Of a stretch of DNA of 64,000 nt, positions 8,828-18,028 are shown piece by piece (within the stretch, counting starts at the first letter, position 1; each line of letters begins with the position of its first letter). The position numbers and the translations under genes are program-made. The notes below the pieces were generated by a model. It did not search any database, had not been told where the DNA came from, and was given only the letters and a program-made list of their open reading frames with translations. The DNA is from Chthonomonadales bacterium (lineage in GTDB: Bacteria; Armatimonadota; Chthonomonadetes; Chthonomonadales; CAJBBX01): the NCBI GenBank assembly GCA_049967475.1, contig JBMFSQ010000007.1, positions 32,001 through 96,000 of the forward strand, given 5' to 3'.

Positions 8828-9867
8828 AGGGCCTTAGGCGCCGGGTGCGGGCGGCAGCAGGGGTCTTAGGTGCGGCGGCGCTGTGCGCAGGGATCTGGGT
8901 GGCGCACGAGTTGCGGCCTGCGTCGCCCGCGGGGCGGCGCGTTATCGTCAACATCGTTGCGGGGACGAAGTTGGAGAGAGTGGCCGCAGTATTGCGGCGC
9001 CGCCACCTTATTCGCAGCGCGACGGTGTTCCTGTGGGCGGCGCGGCTGAAAGGGGTTCCTGATGAGCCCCGTCCCGGCCGCTACGCCTTCTCAACGGCAA
9101 TGTCTGCGCTGCACATAGCGGATCGGCTGAGGCGCGGGGACACGGGCATCAACGAGATAAGGGTTACGATACCCGAGGGCTACGGGGTGCGCCAAATCGC
9201 CGCGGCTTTGGTGCGCCACGGCATTCTGAGCGAGGGGACGGGCTTTTTGGACGTTGCGCGGCATCCGGGAGGGCGGGTTCAGGCGCCGTTCCCAATTCCG
9301 AAAGCGGGTCTGGAAGGATTTCTTTTTCCGGACACGTACTGGTTTCCGCGGGGCGTTCGGCCGGAACGTGCGGCTCAGGAAATGGTGGACACCTTCGTGC
9401 GCCGCTTCTATTTGCCTAACCGGGCGGACATTGCGGCATCGGGTCGGACCCTCGCGGAAATCGTGACGGTTGCCTCACTGGTAGAGCGTGAAGCAAAGAA
9501 GGATGAAGATCGGCCCAAGATTGCCGGCGTAATCTACAATCGGCTGGCACGCGGGATGCCGCTTCAAGTAGATGCGACGGTTCTGTATGCCTTAGGCCAT
9601 CACAAGAGCCGCGTTCTCTATTCGGATCTTAAGGTGGCATCGCCCTATAATACCTATAGACGCAGAGGGCTGCCGCCCGGCCCCATTGCGAACCCGGGAC
9701 TACCCTCTTTGGAGGCAGCGCTTCACCCTGAGCGGAGCGATTACCTTTACTACGTGGCGGGGCCCGACGGCGCGCATATCTTCTCGCGTACGGAAGCGGA
9801 GCATCTGCAATGCGTGGGCCGCATGCGCGCCCTGCGCGCTCGGAGCGCCGCCGGGGGCAGCGGATGA
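8824..9867 (+). CDS. mltG: Endolytic transglycosylase MltG
   Basis: N-terminal TM, 'VTIPEG', 'LEGFLFPDTY', 'ASLVEREA', 'LQVDATV.Y', 'SPYNTY...GLPPGPIANPG'. Confidence 0.93.
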   Translation: MKGLRRRVRAAAGVLGAAALCAGIWVAHELRPASPAGRRVIVNIVAGTKLERVAAVLRRRHLIRSATVFLWAARLKGVPDEPRPGRYAFSTAMSALHIADRLRRGDTGINEIRVTIPEGYGVRQIAAALVRHGILSEGTGFLDVARHPGGRVQAPFPIPKAGLEGFLFPDTYWFPRGVRPERAAQEMVDTFVRRFYLPNRADIAASGRTLAEIVTVASLVEREAKKDEDRPKIAGVIYNRLARGMPLQVDATVLYALGHHKSRVLYSDLKVASPYNTYRRRGLPPGPIANPGLPSLEAALHPERSDYLYYVAGPDGAHIFSRTEAEHLQCVGRMRALRARSAAGGSG

Positions 9868-10436
9868 TGCGCGTGCTGAACCTGCTGTGCCCCGGCCGCT
9901 ATTGCAGTGGAGGTGTAACCTCGATCCCCCCGGAGGAATTGAGGAAAGCGGGTTTCCGCGCTGTGCTGCTGGATGTGGACAACACCCTGGTTGGCTGGCA
10001 GCGAACCGACATCCCCCATGCGGTGCGGAAGTGGATTTGGGATCTGAAGCAACAGGGGCTGAGGATCTGCTTGGTGTCGAACACGCGCCATCCGCGGCGG
10101 CTGGAGGCGTTGGCGGCGGAACTGGAAGTTCCCTTCGTACGGCAGGCGCTGAAGCCTGGGCGCAGAGGGTTCCTGGCCGCTCTGGAGCAGTTGGGTGTGG
10201 CACCCTCAGCAGCGGTAATGATCGGGGACCAGATGTTCACGGATGTGCTTGGGGGCAACCGGGCGGGTGTGGCCACCATTCTGGTGCGGCCGATGCATCG
10301 GCGGGAATTCGTGGGAACCAAAGTCAGTCGTTTGGCCGAGGGCATCGTACTGGCGGTTTTGCGGCGGCGTGGATTGTTGGACGAGGACGGCGGCGGACCG
10401 GCCGAAAGCGCTGCCGGCGAAACTGCGGTGTTCTGA
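9864..10436 (+). CDS. YqeG-like HAD IIIA phosphatase
   Basis: 'LDVDNTL', 'VSN', 'KP', 'IGDQMFTDVLGGNRAG'. ATGA overlap with the mltG stop. Confidence 0.88.
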   Translation: MMRVLNLLCPGRYCSGGVTSIPPEELRKAGFRAVLLDVDNTLVGWQRTDIPHAVRKWIWDLKQQGLRICLVSNTRHPRRLEALAAELEVPFVRQALKPGRRGFLAALEQLGVAPSAAVMIGDQMFTDVLGGNRAGVATILVRPMHRREFVGTKVSRLAEGIVLAVLRRRGLLDEDGGGPAESAAGETAVF

Positions 10437-10442
10437 TATAAT
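10434..10442 (+). promoter_or_regulatory. Extended -10 element (TGATATAAT) upstream of aroE
   Basis: TGnTATAAT about 25 nt upstream of the aroE start. Confidence 0.45.
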
Positions 10443-10466
10443 GAGGAATAGGGAACAATCCCTAAG

Positions 10467-11378
10467 GTGATGTCGTCTCACCGACCAGAGAGGGTTTGCC
10501 TTGCGGGAATTACCGGAGCTACGAAGGTTCTGGGTGTATTCGGGTACCCGGTGGCCCATTCCCTTTCGCCTGCGATGCACAACGCGGCCATCGCAGCCCT
10601 GGGTCTTCATTACGTTTATATCCCATTCTCCGTTCCGCCCGCTGAACTTGGCGCGGCGATCCGCAGTATCAGGGCGCTGGGCATCGTTGGGGTAAACCTG
10701 ACGATCCCGCATAAGGAACGGGCGCTCGCCTTCCTGGACGAGGTGGCACCGGATGCGCTTGAGGTCGGTGCCGTCAACACCCTATGCCAGGCAGGTGAGA
10801 GGCTCGTCGGTTACAACACGGATGGCGCGGGCTTCCTGGCTCCGCTTCGGGCTCGAGGCATCTCCGTGAAGGGGATGCGGGTTCTGGTAGTGGGCGCCGG
10901 AGGGGCTGCGCGCTCCGTGGTGTATGCATTGGTGCATGAGGGCGCCCACGTAATCGTTACCAATAGGAACCCGGAGCGTGCAGCAGCCCTGGTGGAGAGT
11001 GTGAACTGCTCCCTACGGGCCGGCGCCGAGTGGTTGCCGCTGGATGCCTCGGAGGAGCTTGCCAGGCGGGCATCGGCGGCGGATATGTGGGTGAACACGA
11101 CGCCGGTGGGGATGCATCCTCACGAAGATGCGGAACCGCCGGTACCTGTGGAGCGGCTGCGCGGCCGAATGGTGGTTTACGATTTGATCTACAACCCGTT
11201 GGAGACGAGGCTCCTCAGCGCAGCCAAAAGGGTTGGAGCGGTGGCCATCAACGGTGTGGCGATGCTGGTGGGGCAGGGAGCAGCTTCCTTCCGCCTGTGG
11301 ACGGGGATCGAAGCGCCTGCCGACGTAATGGAACGGGCAGTCTTGGAAGGATTGGGGGCAGCAGGGCGCGAAGAATAA
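10467..11378 (+). CDS. aroE: Shikimate dehydrogenase
   Basis: 'HSLSPAMHN', 'G.NLTIPHK', 'GAVNT', 'NTDG.G', 'GAGGAARS', '[10 protein letters not shown]', 'MLVGQG'. Confidence 0.95.
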   Translation: MMSSHRPERVCLAGITGATKVLGVFGYPVAHSLSPAMHNAAIAALGLHYVYIPFSVPPAELGAAIRSIRALGIVGVNLTIPHKERALAFLDEVAPDALEVGAVNTLCQAGERLVGYNTDGAGFLAPLRARGISVKGMRVLVVGAGGAARSVVYALVHEGAHVIVTNRNPERAAALVESVNCSLRAGAEWLPLDASEELARRASAADMWVNTTPVGMHPHEDAEPPVPVERLRGRMVVYDLIYNPLETRLLSAAKRVGAVAINGVAMLVGQGAASFRLWTGIEAPADVMERAVLEGLGAAGREE

Positions 11379-11396
11379 TGTAGGCAAGCGGGGCGC

Positions 11397-11425
11397 TTGC
11401 GTCCTCGGCGGGGGTATGTTATAAT
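11397..11425 (+). promoter_or_regulatory. Sigma70-type promoter for the pilB operon
   Basis: TTGCGT - 17 nt - TATAAT with extended TG, 60 nt upstream of pilB. Confidence 0.65.
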
Positions 11426-11485
11426 GCCGCGATTGCGCTGTGGGAATGGCGCGCGGTTCTCAACGAGAGGCAAGGTGGGGCGAAA

Positions 11486-13297
11486 ATGGTAATGACCAGA
11501 AAAAGCATGGGCGAGTATCTGGTTCAGGAGGGCTACATCACGCGGGAGCAGCTCCAGCAGGCCCAGGAAGCGGCCAAAGCCTCGCGGACGGATTTGGCCA
11601 GGGTCCTCGTGGAACAGGGTTTCGCAAGTGAGCGCGACGTATACCGCGCGAAGGCGCAGGAGCTGGGCGTTGGTTTTGTGGACCTCTCCCGATACGCGCC
11701 CGAACCTGCCGCGGTGAATGTGGTTCCTGAGCACATCGCCAAGCGCCACAACGTAATCCCGGTAAAGAAAGACACCGCCACCAACACGCTCCATGTGGCC
11801 ATGGCGGATCTGAATAACCCCTATGCGGCGGATGACCTGCGGCTCGTGTCCCGCTGCAACATCCGAGGTGTATTGGCGGCTCCAAGCGACATCGAGGACG
11901 CCATCGCACGCGTCTACGGCGGTACGTCGGCGAGCCTGGCCCCTGCCGACACCGCGGGCAACGGCGGGACGAAGGGGGGTATGAACCCCATGAAGGGAGG
12001 GGTCCCCGGTCCCGGAGGGAGCAGCGACCTCATGTCGCAGATCCGGCAGGACATCGCCTCCTACGGAGCCACGGGCGAGGCGGCGCTCGATGAAGATGAA
12101 GAGAGCGCCATCGCCATGGCGGAAGAAGCGCCCATCATCCGCGTTGCCAGCACCATCATCCAACAAGCCATCAAGGAAGGCGCTTCGGACATTCACATCG
12201 AGCCGGACCGCCGGGGCCTGCGCATCCGATATCGTGTGGACGGCGTGCTCCACGAAACGATGACGATGCCCAAATACATCCAGCCGCCCCTCATCTCGCG
12301 CTTCAAGATCATGGCCGAGATGAATATTGCTGAGCGGCGGGTGCCTCAGGACGGCCGCATCCCCGTGCGGTATGAGAACAAAGATTACGACTTGCGCGTG
12401 TCTTGCTTGCCCAACATTTGGGGCGAGAAGATCGTATGCCGCATACTGGACAAGACCTCCATCCTCATCGGCCTCAACAAGCTGGGCTTCTCGGCGGAGA
12501 CGCAGGCGCAACTGGAAGAGCTCATCATCCAGCCCAACGGCATGGTCCTCTCCACCGGTCCTACGGGTTCAGGAAAGACCACGACCCAGTATTCCGTGCT
12601 CCATAAGCTCAACTCCATCGAGAAGAACATCCTCACAATCGAGGACCCGGTGGAGTATCAGCTCAGCGGCGTGACGCAGGTGCAGGTGAACCGGAAGGCG
12701 GGCCTCACCTTTGCCAACGCTCTTCGATCGTTCCTTCGCCAGGACCCGGACATCATCATGGTGGGCGAGATGCGCGACTTGGAGACGGCTGAGATCGCCA
12801 TCGAGGCTTCACTTACGGGCCACCTGGTGCTCTCCACGCTGCACACGAACGACGCCCCTTCGGCTGTGATCCGTATGATGGATATGGGTGTGGAGCCCTA
12901 CCTCATCTCTGCAACGGTTATTGGAGTGTTGGCTCAGCGCCTTGGCCGCAAGGTCTGCCCGAACTGTAAGGAACCCTACGAAGTGGAGGCTTCGGAGCTG
13001 AGGCGGTTCGGTTTCCGCCCCGAGCACCCCGAGCAGAAGATCACTCTGTGGCGCGGCAGGGGGTGCGAGATATGCCGGCAGACGGGGTACAAAGGCCGGC
13101 TGGGCATCTTCTCGCTGATGCGGGTGAATGACGAAATCGCCGAACTCATCGTGCGGCGGGCTCCGCTCAACGATATCCGCGACGCCGCCAAGGCGAACGG
13201 AATGCTGGAATTGAGGGAGGATGGCCTCAATAAAGTGCTGGAAGGGATCACCACGCCGGAAGAGGTGATGCGCGTGGTGTTCACGGCCGGCCACTAA
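11486..13297 (+). CDS. pilB: Type IV pilus extension ATPase PilB (GspE/PulE family)
   Basis: MshEN-like N-terminus, 'ASDIHIEP', 'PQDGR', Walker A GPTGSGKT, 'LRQDPD...GEMRD', 'STLHTND', CPNC/CEIC zinc motif. Confidence 0.95.
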   Translation: MVMTRKSMGEYLVQEGYITREQLQQAQEAAKASRTDLARVLVEQGFASERDVYRAKAQELGVGFVDLSRYAPEPAAVNVVPEHIAKRHNVIPVKKDTATNTLHVAMADLNNPYAADDLRLVSRCNIRGVLAAPSDIEDAIARVYGGTSASLAPADTAGNGGTKGGMNPMKGGVPGPGGSSDLMSQIRQDIASYGATGEAALDEDEESAIAMAEEAPIIRVASTIIQQAIKEGASDIHIEPDRRGLRIRYRVDGVLHETMTMPKYIQPPLISRFKIMAEMNIAERRVPQDGRIPVRYENKDYDLRVSCLPNIWGEKIVCRILDKTSILIGLNKLGFSAETQAQLEELIIQPNGMVLSTGPTGSGKTTTQYSVLHKLNSIEKNILTIEDPVEYQLSGVTQVQVNRKAGLTFANALRSFLRQDPDIIMVGEMRDLETAEIAIEASLTGHLVLSTLHTNDAPSAVIRMMDMGVEPYLISATVIGVLAQRLGRKVCPNCKEPYEVEASELRRFGFRPEHPEQKITLWRGRGCEICRQTGYKGRLGIFSLMRVNDEIAELIVRRAPLNDIRDAAKANGMLELREDGLNKVLEGITTPEEVMRVVFTAGH

Positions 13298-13338
13298 TAC
13301 GGCTCCAGACATGGAGTGCAATCGCTGGAGAATGGGAA

Positions 13339-14502
13339 TTGTCTGAGCAGACGCAACCGATCCCTCCGCAAGGGGCTCCGCAGGCCAGCGCTCGCCCGCG
13401 GCCCCTGGACGACGCCCACATAGACGACCTTCTGCGCATCGTGGTGGAGAAGGGCGGCTCGGACCTGCACGTGTCCGTAGGAGTGCCTCCCATCATTCGT
13501 GTGGATGGCCAGCTCCTTCCTACCAACTACGAACGCGTAGACCCACAGACGTGCCAGCGGCTGATCTACGACATCCTCACGGATGAGCAGATCCAGCGCT
13601 TCGAAACGAATTTCGAGCTGGACTTTTCATACTCCCTGGCAAGGATGTCACGCTTTCGGGTGAATGTTTACCGGGACCGCGGCAACGTTGCGATGGCGTT
13701 TCGGGTGATCCCCGCGCGCATCCCTACCCTCAAAGAGCTGCAGCTCCCGGCAGTCCTGGAAGAGCTTACGCGCCTCCCGCGCGGATTGATCCTGGTGACG
13801 GGACCTACGGGGTCGGGCAAGTCCACCACCCTGGCAGCCATGATCAACCAGATCAACAACGAACGGTCGGTGCACGTCATTACCATCGAGGATCCCATCG
13901 AGTACCTGCATTCGCATCGTTTCAGCATTATCAATCAGCGTGAGATCGGTCAGGACACCAAGAGCTTCGCCAATGCCCTCCGCGCCGCGCTGCGGGAGGA
14001 TCCCGATGTAATCCTCGTAGGCGAGATGCGTGACCTTGAGACGATGCAGAACGCGGTGTCGGCAGCAGAAACGGGGCACCTTGTGTTTGCCACTCTGCAC
14101 ACGAACAGCGCCGCTACGTCCGTGGAACGCATTGTGGACTCGTTCCCGCCGGGGCAGCAGGAGCAGGTGCGGTTGCAGCTATCCAATAACCTTCAGGCTA
14201 TTCTGTGCCAGCAACTGTTGCCGCGGGCGAACCAACCCGGGCGCGTTTGCGCCATGGAGATCATGACGGCCAGCCCCGCCATCAGAAACTTGATCCGCGA
14301 GAACAAAGCCCATCAGATTACCTCCATGATCCAGACCAGTGCCAACCTGGGCATGCAAACGATGGATCAATCGTTGCGGGATTTGTACGTGCGGGGCCTC
14401 ATAACCTTTGAGTTGGCGATGGAACGCGCCATGAACCCGCAAGAGCTGGAGAAGATGATCCGCACGGCTACCATGCCGGGGCCGGGAGGGACGATCCGGT
14501 AA
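13339..14502 (+). CDS. pilT: Type IV pilus retraction ATPase PilT
   Basis: 'GSDLH', GPTGSGKSTTLAAMI, 'ALREDPD..LVGEMRD', 'AETGHLVFATLHT', 'AIRNLIRE' and 'GMQTMDQ' PilT signatures. Confidence 0.96.
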   Translation: MSEQTQPIPPQGAPQASARPRPLDDAHIDDLLRIVVEKGGSDLHVSVGVPPIIRVDGQLLPTNYERVDPQTCQRLIYDILTDEQIQRFETNFELDFSYSLARMSRFRVNVYRDRGNVAMAFRVIPARIPTLKELQLPAVLEELTRLPRGLILVTGPTGSGKSTTLAAMINQINNERSVHVITIEDPIEYLHSHRFSIINQREIGQDTKSFANALRAALREDPDVILVGEMRDLETMQNAVSAAETGHLVFATLHTNSAATSVERIVDSFPPGQQEQVRLQLSNNLQAILCQQLLPRANQPGRVCAMEIMTASPAIRNLIRENKAHQITSMIQTSANLGMQTMDQSLRDLYVRGLITFELAMERAMNPQELEKMIRTATMPGPGGTIR

Positions 14503-14544
14503 GAGTGCACGGGGAGAGCTGTTCCCAAAGAGGGGGAAGAAGTC

Positions 14545-15804
14545 ATGGCAACCTTCAGCTATACCGTAAGAGACGCCAGCGGGCAGACCCGCACGGGCAC
14601 GTCCGAAGCGGAGAACGTGGAGATCCTGCGGCGGCGCCTACAGGAACAGGGCTTTACCGTTGCAGATATCAAGCAGACGGCGGCCGGCAAGAAGAAAGCG
14701 CCCGGAGGCGGATGGGGCCGCGTTAAGCTGGCAGACCTATCCATCTTTTCGCGCCAGTTCTCCACCATGATTGACGCCGGCGTGTCGCTTGTGCGCGCTC
14801 TGGATGTGCTGGGCGAACAGACGGCCAACCCCAAACTCAAACGCATCATCATGGACATCCAGCAGGAAGTGGAGTCGGGCCAGACCCTTTCGAAGGCGAT
14901 GTCCAAGTACCCCAAGACCTTCACACCGCTGTATGTGGGGCTTGTGCGGGCAGGAGAAGTGGGCGGCGTTTTGGAGGAAGCATTGCAGAGGCTTGCAGGC
15001 TTCCTCGAGAAGGATATGGAACTGCGCCGCAAAGTGAAAGCTGCCCTCACCTACCCCACCATCGTGGTGATCGTAGCGGTGGGCATCGTGCTGGGCCTGT
15101 GCACCTTCATCGTGCCCAAGTTCGTGGAACTCTTCCGCGACCTCGGCGTGAAGGAGCTGCCCACCATGACGCAGATGCTGGTGGACTTCAGCGACTTCCT
15201 CAAGAACCGGTGGTGGATGGGGCTCATCATCGTCGTGGCGGTGTACATGGCGTTGAAGTACTTCGGTACCACAAGGATCGGCCGGCGCGTAATTGACCGG
15301 GTCAAACTGAAGGTGCCTGTGTTCGGCAAACTGCACCACAAGATCGCTCTGGCCCGCTTCTCCAGGACGCTGGGGACCCTCCTGGTGAGCGGCGTGCCCA
15401 TCCTTCAGGCGCTGGAGACGGTGGCCGGCACGGTTGGAAACGGCATCATCGCCGACGCCATCATGGAGGCACGGGCACGCATTCGTGAAGGGGACCGCAT
15501 CAACGATCCTCTGGAAAAGAGCCGCATGTTTCCGCCTATGGTGGTGCACATGGTGTCCATCGGGGAAGAATCCGGTGCACTGGACCATATGCTCACCAAG
15601 ATCGCGGATTTCTACGAGCAGGAAGTGGATGCCACGCTCCAGAGCCTTACAGCGGCCATCGAGCCCATGCTCATCGTGTTTCTGGGCTTTGCCGTGGGCT
15701 TCATCGTGATCTCCATGTTCATGCCCCTCATCCAGGTGATCCAGAACCTTACCTCGGGCGGCGGCGGCGATCACGGAGCCGGAGAGGCCACTTCTGCGGA
15801 ATAG
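14545..15804 (+). CDS. pilC: Type IV pilus platform protein PilC (GspF family)
   Basis: 'FSRQFSTMIDAGVSL', 'AGEVGG.L', 'ALTYP', 'RFSRTLGTL..SGVPIL', 'IGEESGALD.ML.KIADFYE'. Confidence 0.95.
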   Translation: MATFSYTVRDASGQTRTGTSEAENVEILRRRLQEQGFTVADIKQTAAGKKKAPGGGWGRVKLADLSIFSRQFSTMIDAGVSLVRALDVLGEQTANPKLKRIIMDIQQEVESGQTLSKAMSKYPKTFTPLYVGLVRAGEVGGVLEEALQRLAGFLEKDMELRRKVKAALTYPTIVVIVAVGIVLGLCTFIVPKFVELFRDLGVKELPTMTQMLVDFSDFLKNRWWMGLIIVVAVYMALKYFGTTRIGRRVIDRVKLKVPVFGKLHHKIALARFSRTLGTLLVSGVPILQALETVAGTVGNGIIADAIMEARARIREGDRINDPLEKSRMFPPMVVHMVSIGEESGALDHMLTKIADFYEQEVDATLQSLTAAIEPMLIVFLGFAVGFIVISMFMPLIQVIQNLTSGGGGDHGAGEATSAE

Positions 15805-15813
15805 ACCTCTGAA

Positions 15814-15847
15814 GCCGGGTCCGAAGCTGCCCCACTTCGGACCCGGC
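15814..15847 (+). terminator. 13-bp perfect hairpin after pilC (terminator or mRNA stabiliser; weak U-tract)
   Basis: GCCGGGTCCGAAG-ctgcccca-CTTCGGACCCGGC. Confidence 0.55.
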
Positions 15848-15867
15848 CTTCCATCTTAGGGATCCCC

Positions 15868-16896
15868 TTGGTGAACCTTCCATTATCCTATTGGGGCACG
15901 ATGGCGTTCGTGCTCGGCGCGGTGATCGGCAGCTTCCTCAATGTGGTCATTTGGAGGCTGCCGCGCGGCGAATCCCTCTCTCATCCGGGGTCTCATTGCC
16001 CGCGTTGCGGCCATTCCCTTTCGGCTTGGGAGAATATCCCGGTCTTGAGCTACCTAGTTCTTCGGGGGCGCTGCCGAGCCTGTAAGGAACCTATTTCGGT
16101 GAGGTATCCCGTGGTAGAAGCCCTTACCGGCTTCCTCTTTTTTGTATTCGTGCTTCGGTTTGGTCCTACGATCCAGGCTGCTGCCTATTGCCTCTTCGGC
16201 GCGGCCCTGATTGCGGCATTCTTCATAGATTTGGACCACTTCATCATCCCCGATGAGCTCAACATATCTGCGTGGGGCGTGGGCGTGGCGTTGGACCTTT
16301 GGCTTGCCCACACAGGCGATCCTGCGCATCGGCTTATTTGGGGCTGGCTTCCCCGTTCCATTGCGGCGGGGGGCGTGTGCGCCCTGCTGTTCGTAGCTAT
16401 TCAGCTCATCGGGCAGGTGTTGTTCCGCAGGGATGCTATGGGGGATGGGGACGTGAAGCTGGCCCGCGCCATCGGCGCCATGCTGCCGCTGCCCCAGGCG
16501 CTGGTGTCGTTTTTTTTGGCAGTGGCGGCGGGGGCGCTCATCGGCGGGACGCTGCTGCTTCTCCATGGCGAAAAGGAGCAGGAAGAAGACCCGTCTGCTG
16601 GGGAGGGAGAGGCGGAACCCGCGCGTACGTCCGTGTCGGCGATCCTCATGTACGGCTTCCTCTACGCAGCGTGCTTGGATGTGGCGCTGCATTTGGCCTC
16701 CCTGGTACGGCTTCCTGTGGCGTTGAGGTGGACCAGGAACCTGTTCGGCAGCACGGATGAGGGAGCCGACGAGGAATTTGTGGCCGGTCCGACGCATATA
16801 CCGTTTGGTCCCTACATGGTTGTAGGAGCGCTGGCCGCCGTGTTTGTGGCGGAGCCGCTGATCCGCTGGTATCTGCACTGGGCGCGGCTGGAATAG
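15868..16896 (+). CDS. pilD: Prepilin peptidase/N-methyltransferase PilD
   Basis: 'GSFLNVVIWRLP', CPRC...CRAC, 'IDLDHFIIPD', 'MGDGDVKL', 'IPFGPY'. Confidence 0.94.
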   Translation: MVNLPLSYWGTMAFVLGAVIGSFLNVVIWRLPRGESLSHPGSHCPRCGHSLSAWENIPVLSYLVLRGRCRACKEPISVRYPVVEALTGFLFFVFVLRFGPTIQAAAYCLFGAALIAAFFIDLDHFIIPDELNISAWGVGVALDLWLAHTGDPAHRLIWGWLPRSIAAGGVCALLFVAIQLIGQVLFRRDAMGDGDVKLARAIGAMLPLPQALVSFFLAVAAGALIGGTLLLLHGEKEQEEDPSAGEGEAEPARTSVSAILMYGFLYAACLDVALHLASLVRLPVALRWTRNLFGSTDEGADEEFVAGPTHIPFGPYMVVGALAAVFVAEPLIRWYLHWARLE

Positions 16897-17057
16897 GATG
16901 AGCGGGGCGGAGCGTTTGCCGGGGCCGCGGGACGTTCGGCAAGGGGAGGCGGAACACTGCGGAGGGCCGCGTCGTCAGACGGACGGAACGCAAGCAGAGG
17001 TGCCGGCACGCACGCAGATCCACTTCCGGGGTGGCCGGGGTGGCGGGGAAAGAAGCC

Positions 17058-17954
17058 ATGAATAGAGGACGGATCCAAAGCGGTTTTACGCTCATCGAGC
17101 TGCTCACCGTCATCGCAATCATCGCGGTGCTTGCAGCCATAATCTTTCCCGTTGCCGGCACGGTGCGGGAGCAGGCGCGGGCTTCGAGCTGCATGACCCA
17201 GCTCCACCAGCTATGGGTAGCGGCCAACGTGTATCGTCAGGACGAAGGAGGCTATCCTCCTGCCCTTCTTGGGTATGCGGAACAGGGCGTGCCGGATAAC
17301 AACGGGGTCTGCACGGGCACGGTGAGTACGGGCGATCCGTACGATCCGGGTGTGAATAACGGATGCGCTGCCAATCTGGATCGGCTTGTAAACGGCTTTA
17401 TGTATCCGGAGCAGTTCAACGACAGCAACCTGGTTCTTTGCCCGGACAACATTCCCAAACCCACCAAGAACCTGGTGACCATCGCCCACTTCCCGCCGAA
17501 GCCCGTCAACTGGCCTGCGAATTACCGATACATTACCGATGCCAGCTCGGACCCCAACGCGCCCGTGAACGTGTGCGGGAGCGATGCGGCGGGCCTCATA
17601 GACTGTTTCACATCCGGCCCCAACCAGGGGAAGCCCAAATACTACTATGTTTGGGATTCCTACGACATCGGGCCCCGCATCAATCCTGACGGTACGCCGT
17701 TCCTCATCAACGGACAGCGCGTTTACGACGTTCACTACAGCCTGAACTGGACGGGCGACACGGGCATGTTCGATCTGCCCGTGCAGCTCAAGTACAGCAA
17801 TCCGCCCACGGACAAGACGATCCTCACATACTGCACGTGGCATAGCGTGGTGGCGAATACCGGCAGCGTCACGAGCATCAACCTTGCGGGAACGGCGAAG
17901 AAGGTGCCTGTGGGTCAGATTGTGGCCAACGGAGCGAATGTGTTCAACCGGTAG
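17058..17954 (+). CDS. Type IV pilin-like protein (DUF1559/H-X9-DG-like N-terminus), ~298 aa
   Basis: Class III signal G|FTLIELLTVIAIIAVLAAIIFPV, followed by 'REQARASSCMTQLHQL...Y.QD'. Confidence 0.85.
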   Translation: MNRGRIQSGFTLIELLTVIAIIAVLAAIIFPVAGTVREQARASSCMTQLHQLWVAANVYRQDEGGYPPALLGYAEQGVPDNNGVCTGTVSTGDPYDPGVNNGCAANLDRLVNGFMYPEQFNDSNLVLCPDNIPKPTKNLVTIAHFPPKPVNWPANYRYITDASSDPNAPVNVCGSDAAGLIDCFTSGPNQGKPKYYYVWDSYDIGPRINPDGTPFLINGQRVYDVHYSLNWTGDTGMFDLPVQLKYSNPPTDKTILTYCTWHSVVANTGSVTSINLAGTAKKVPVGQIVANGANVFNR

Positions 17955-18028
17955 TGCGGGTACGCCGGATGGCGGTTCTTCACGGAGCAACGAAGCAGCC
18001 TGCAGTGCGAAGCAGCGGAAGCAAAGCC

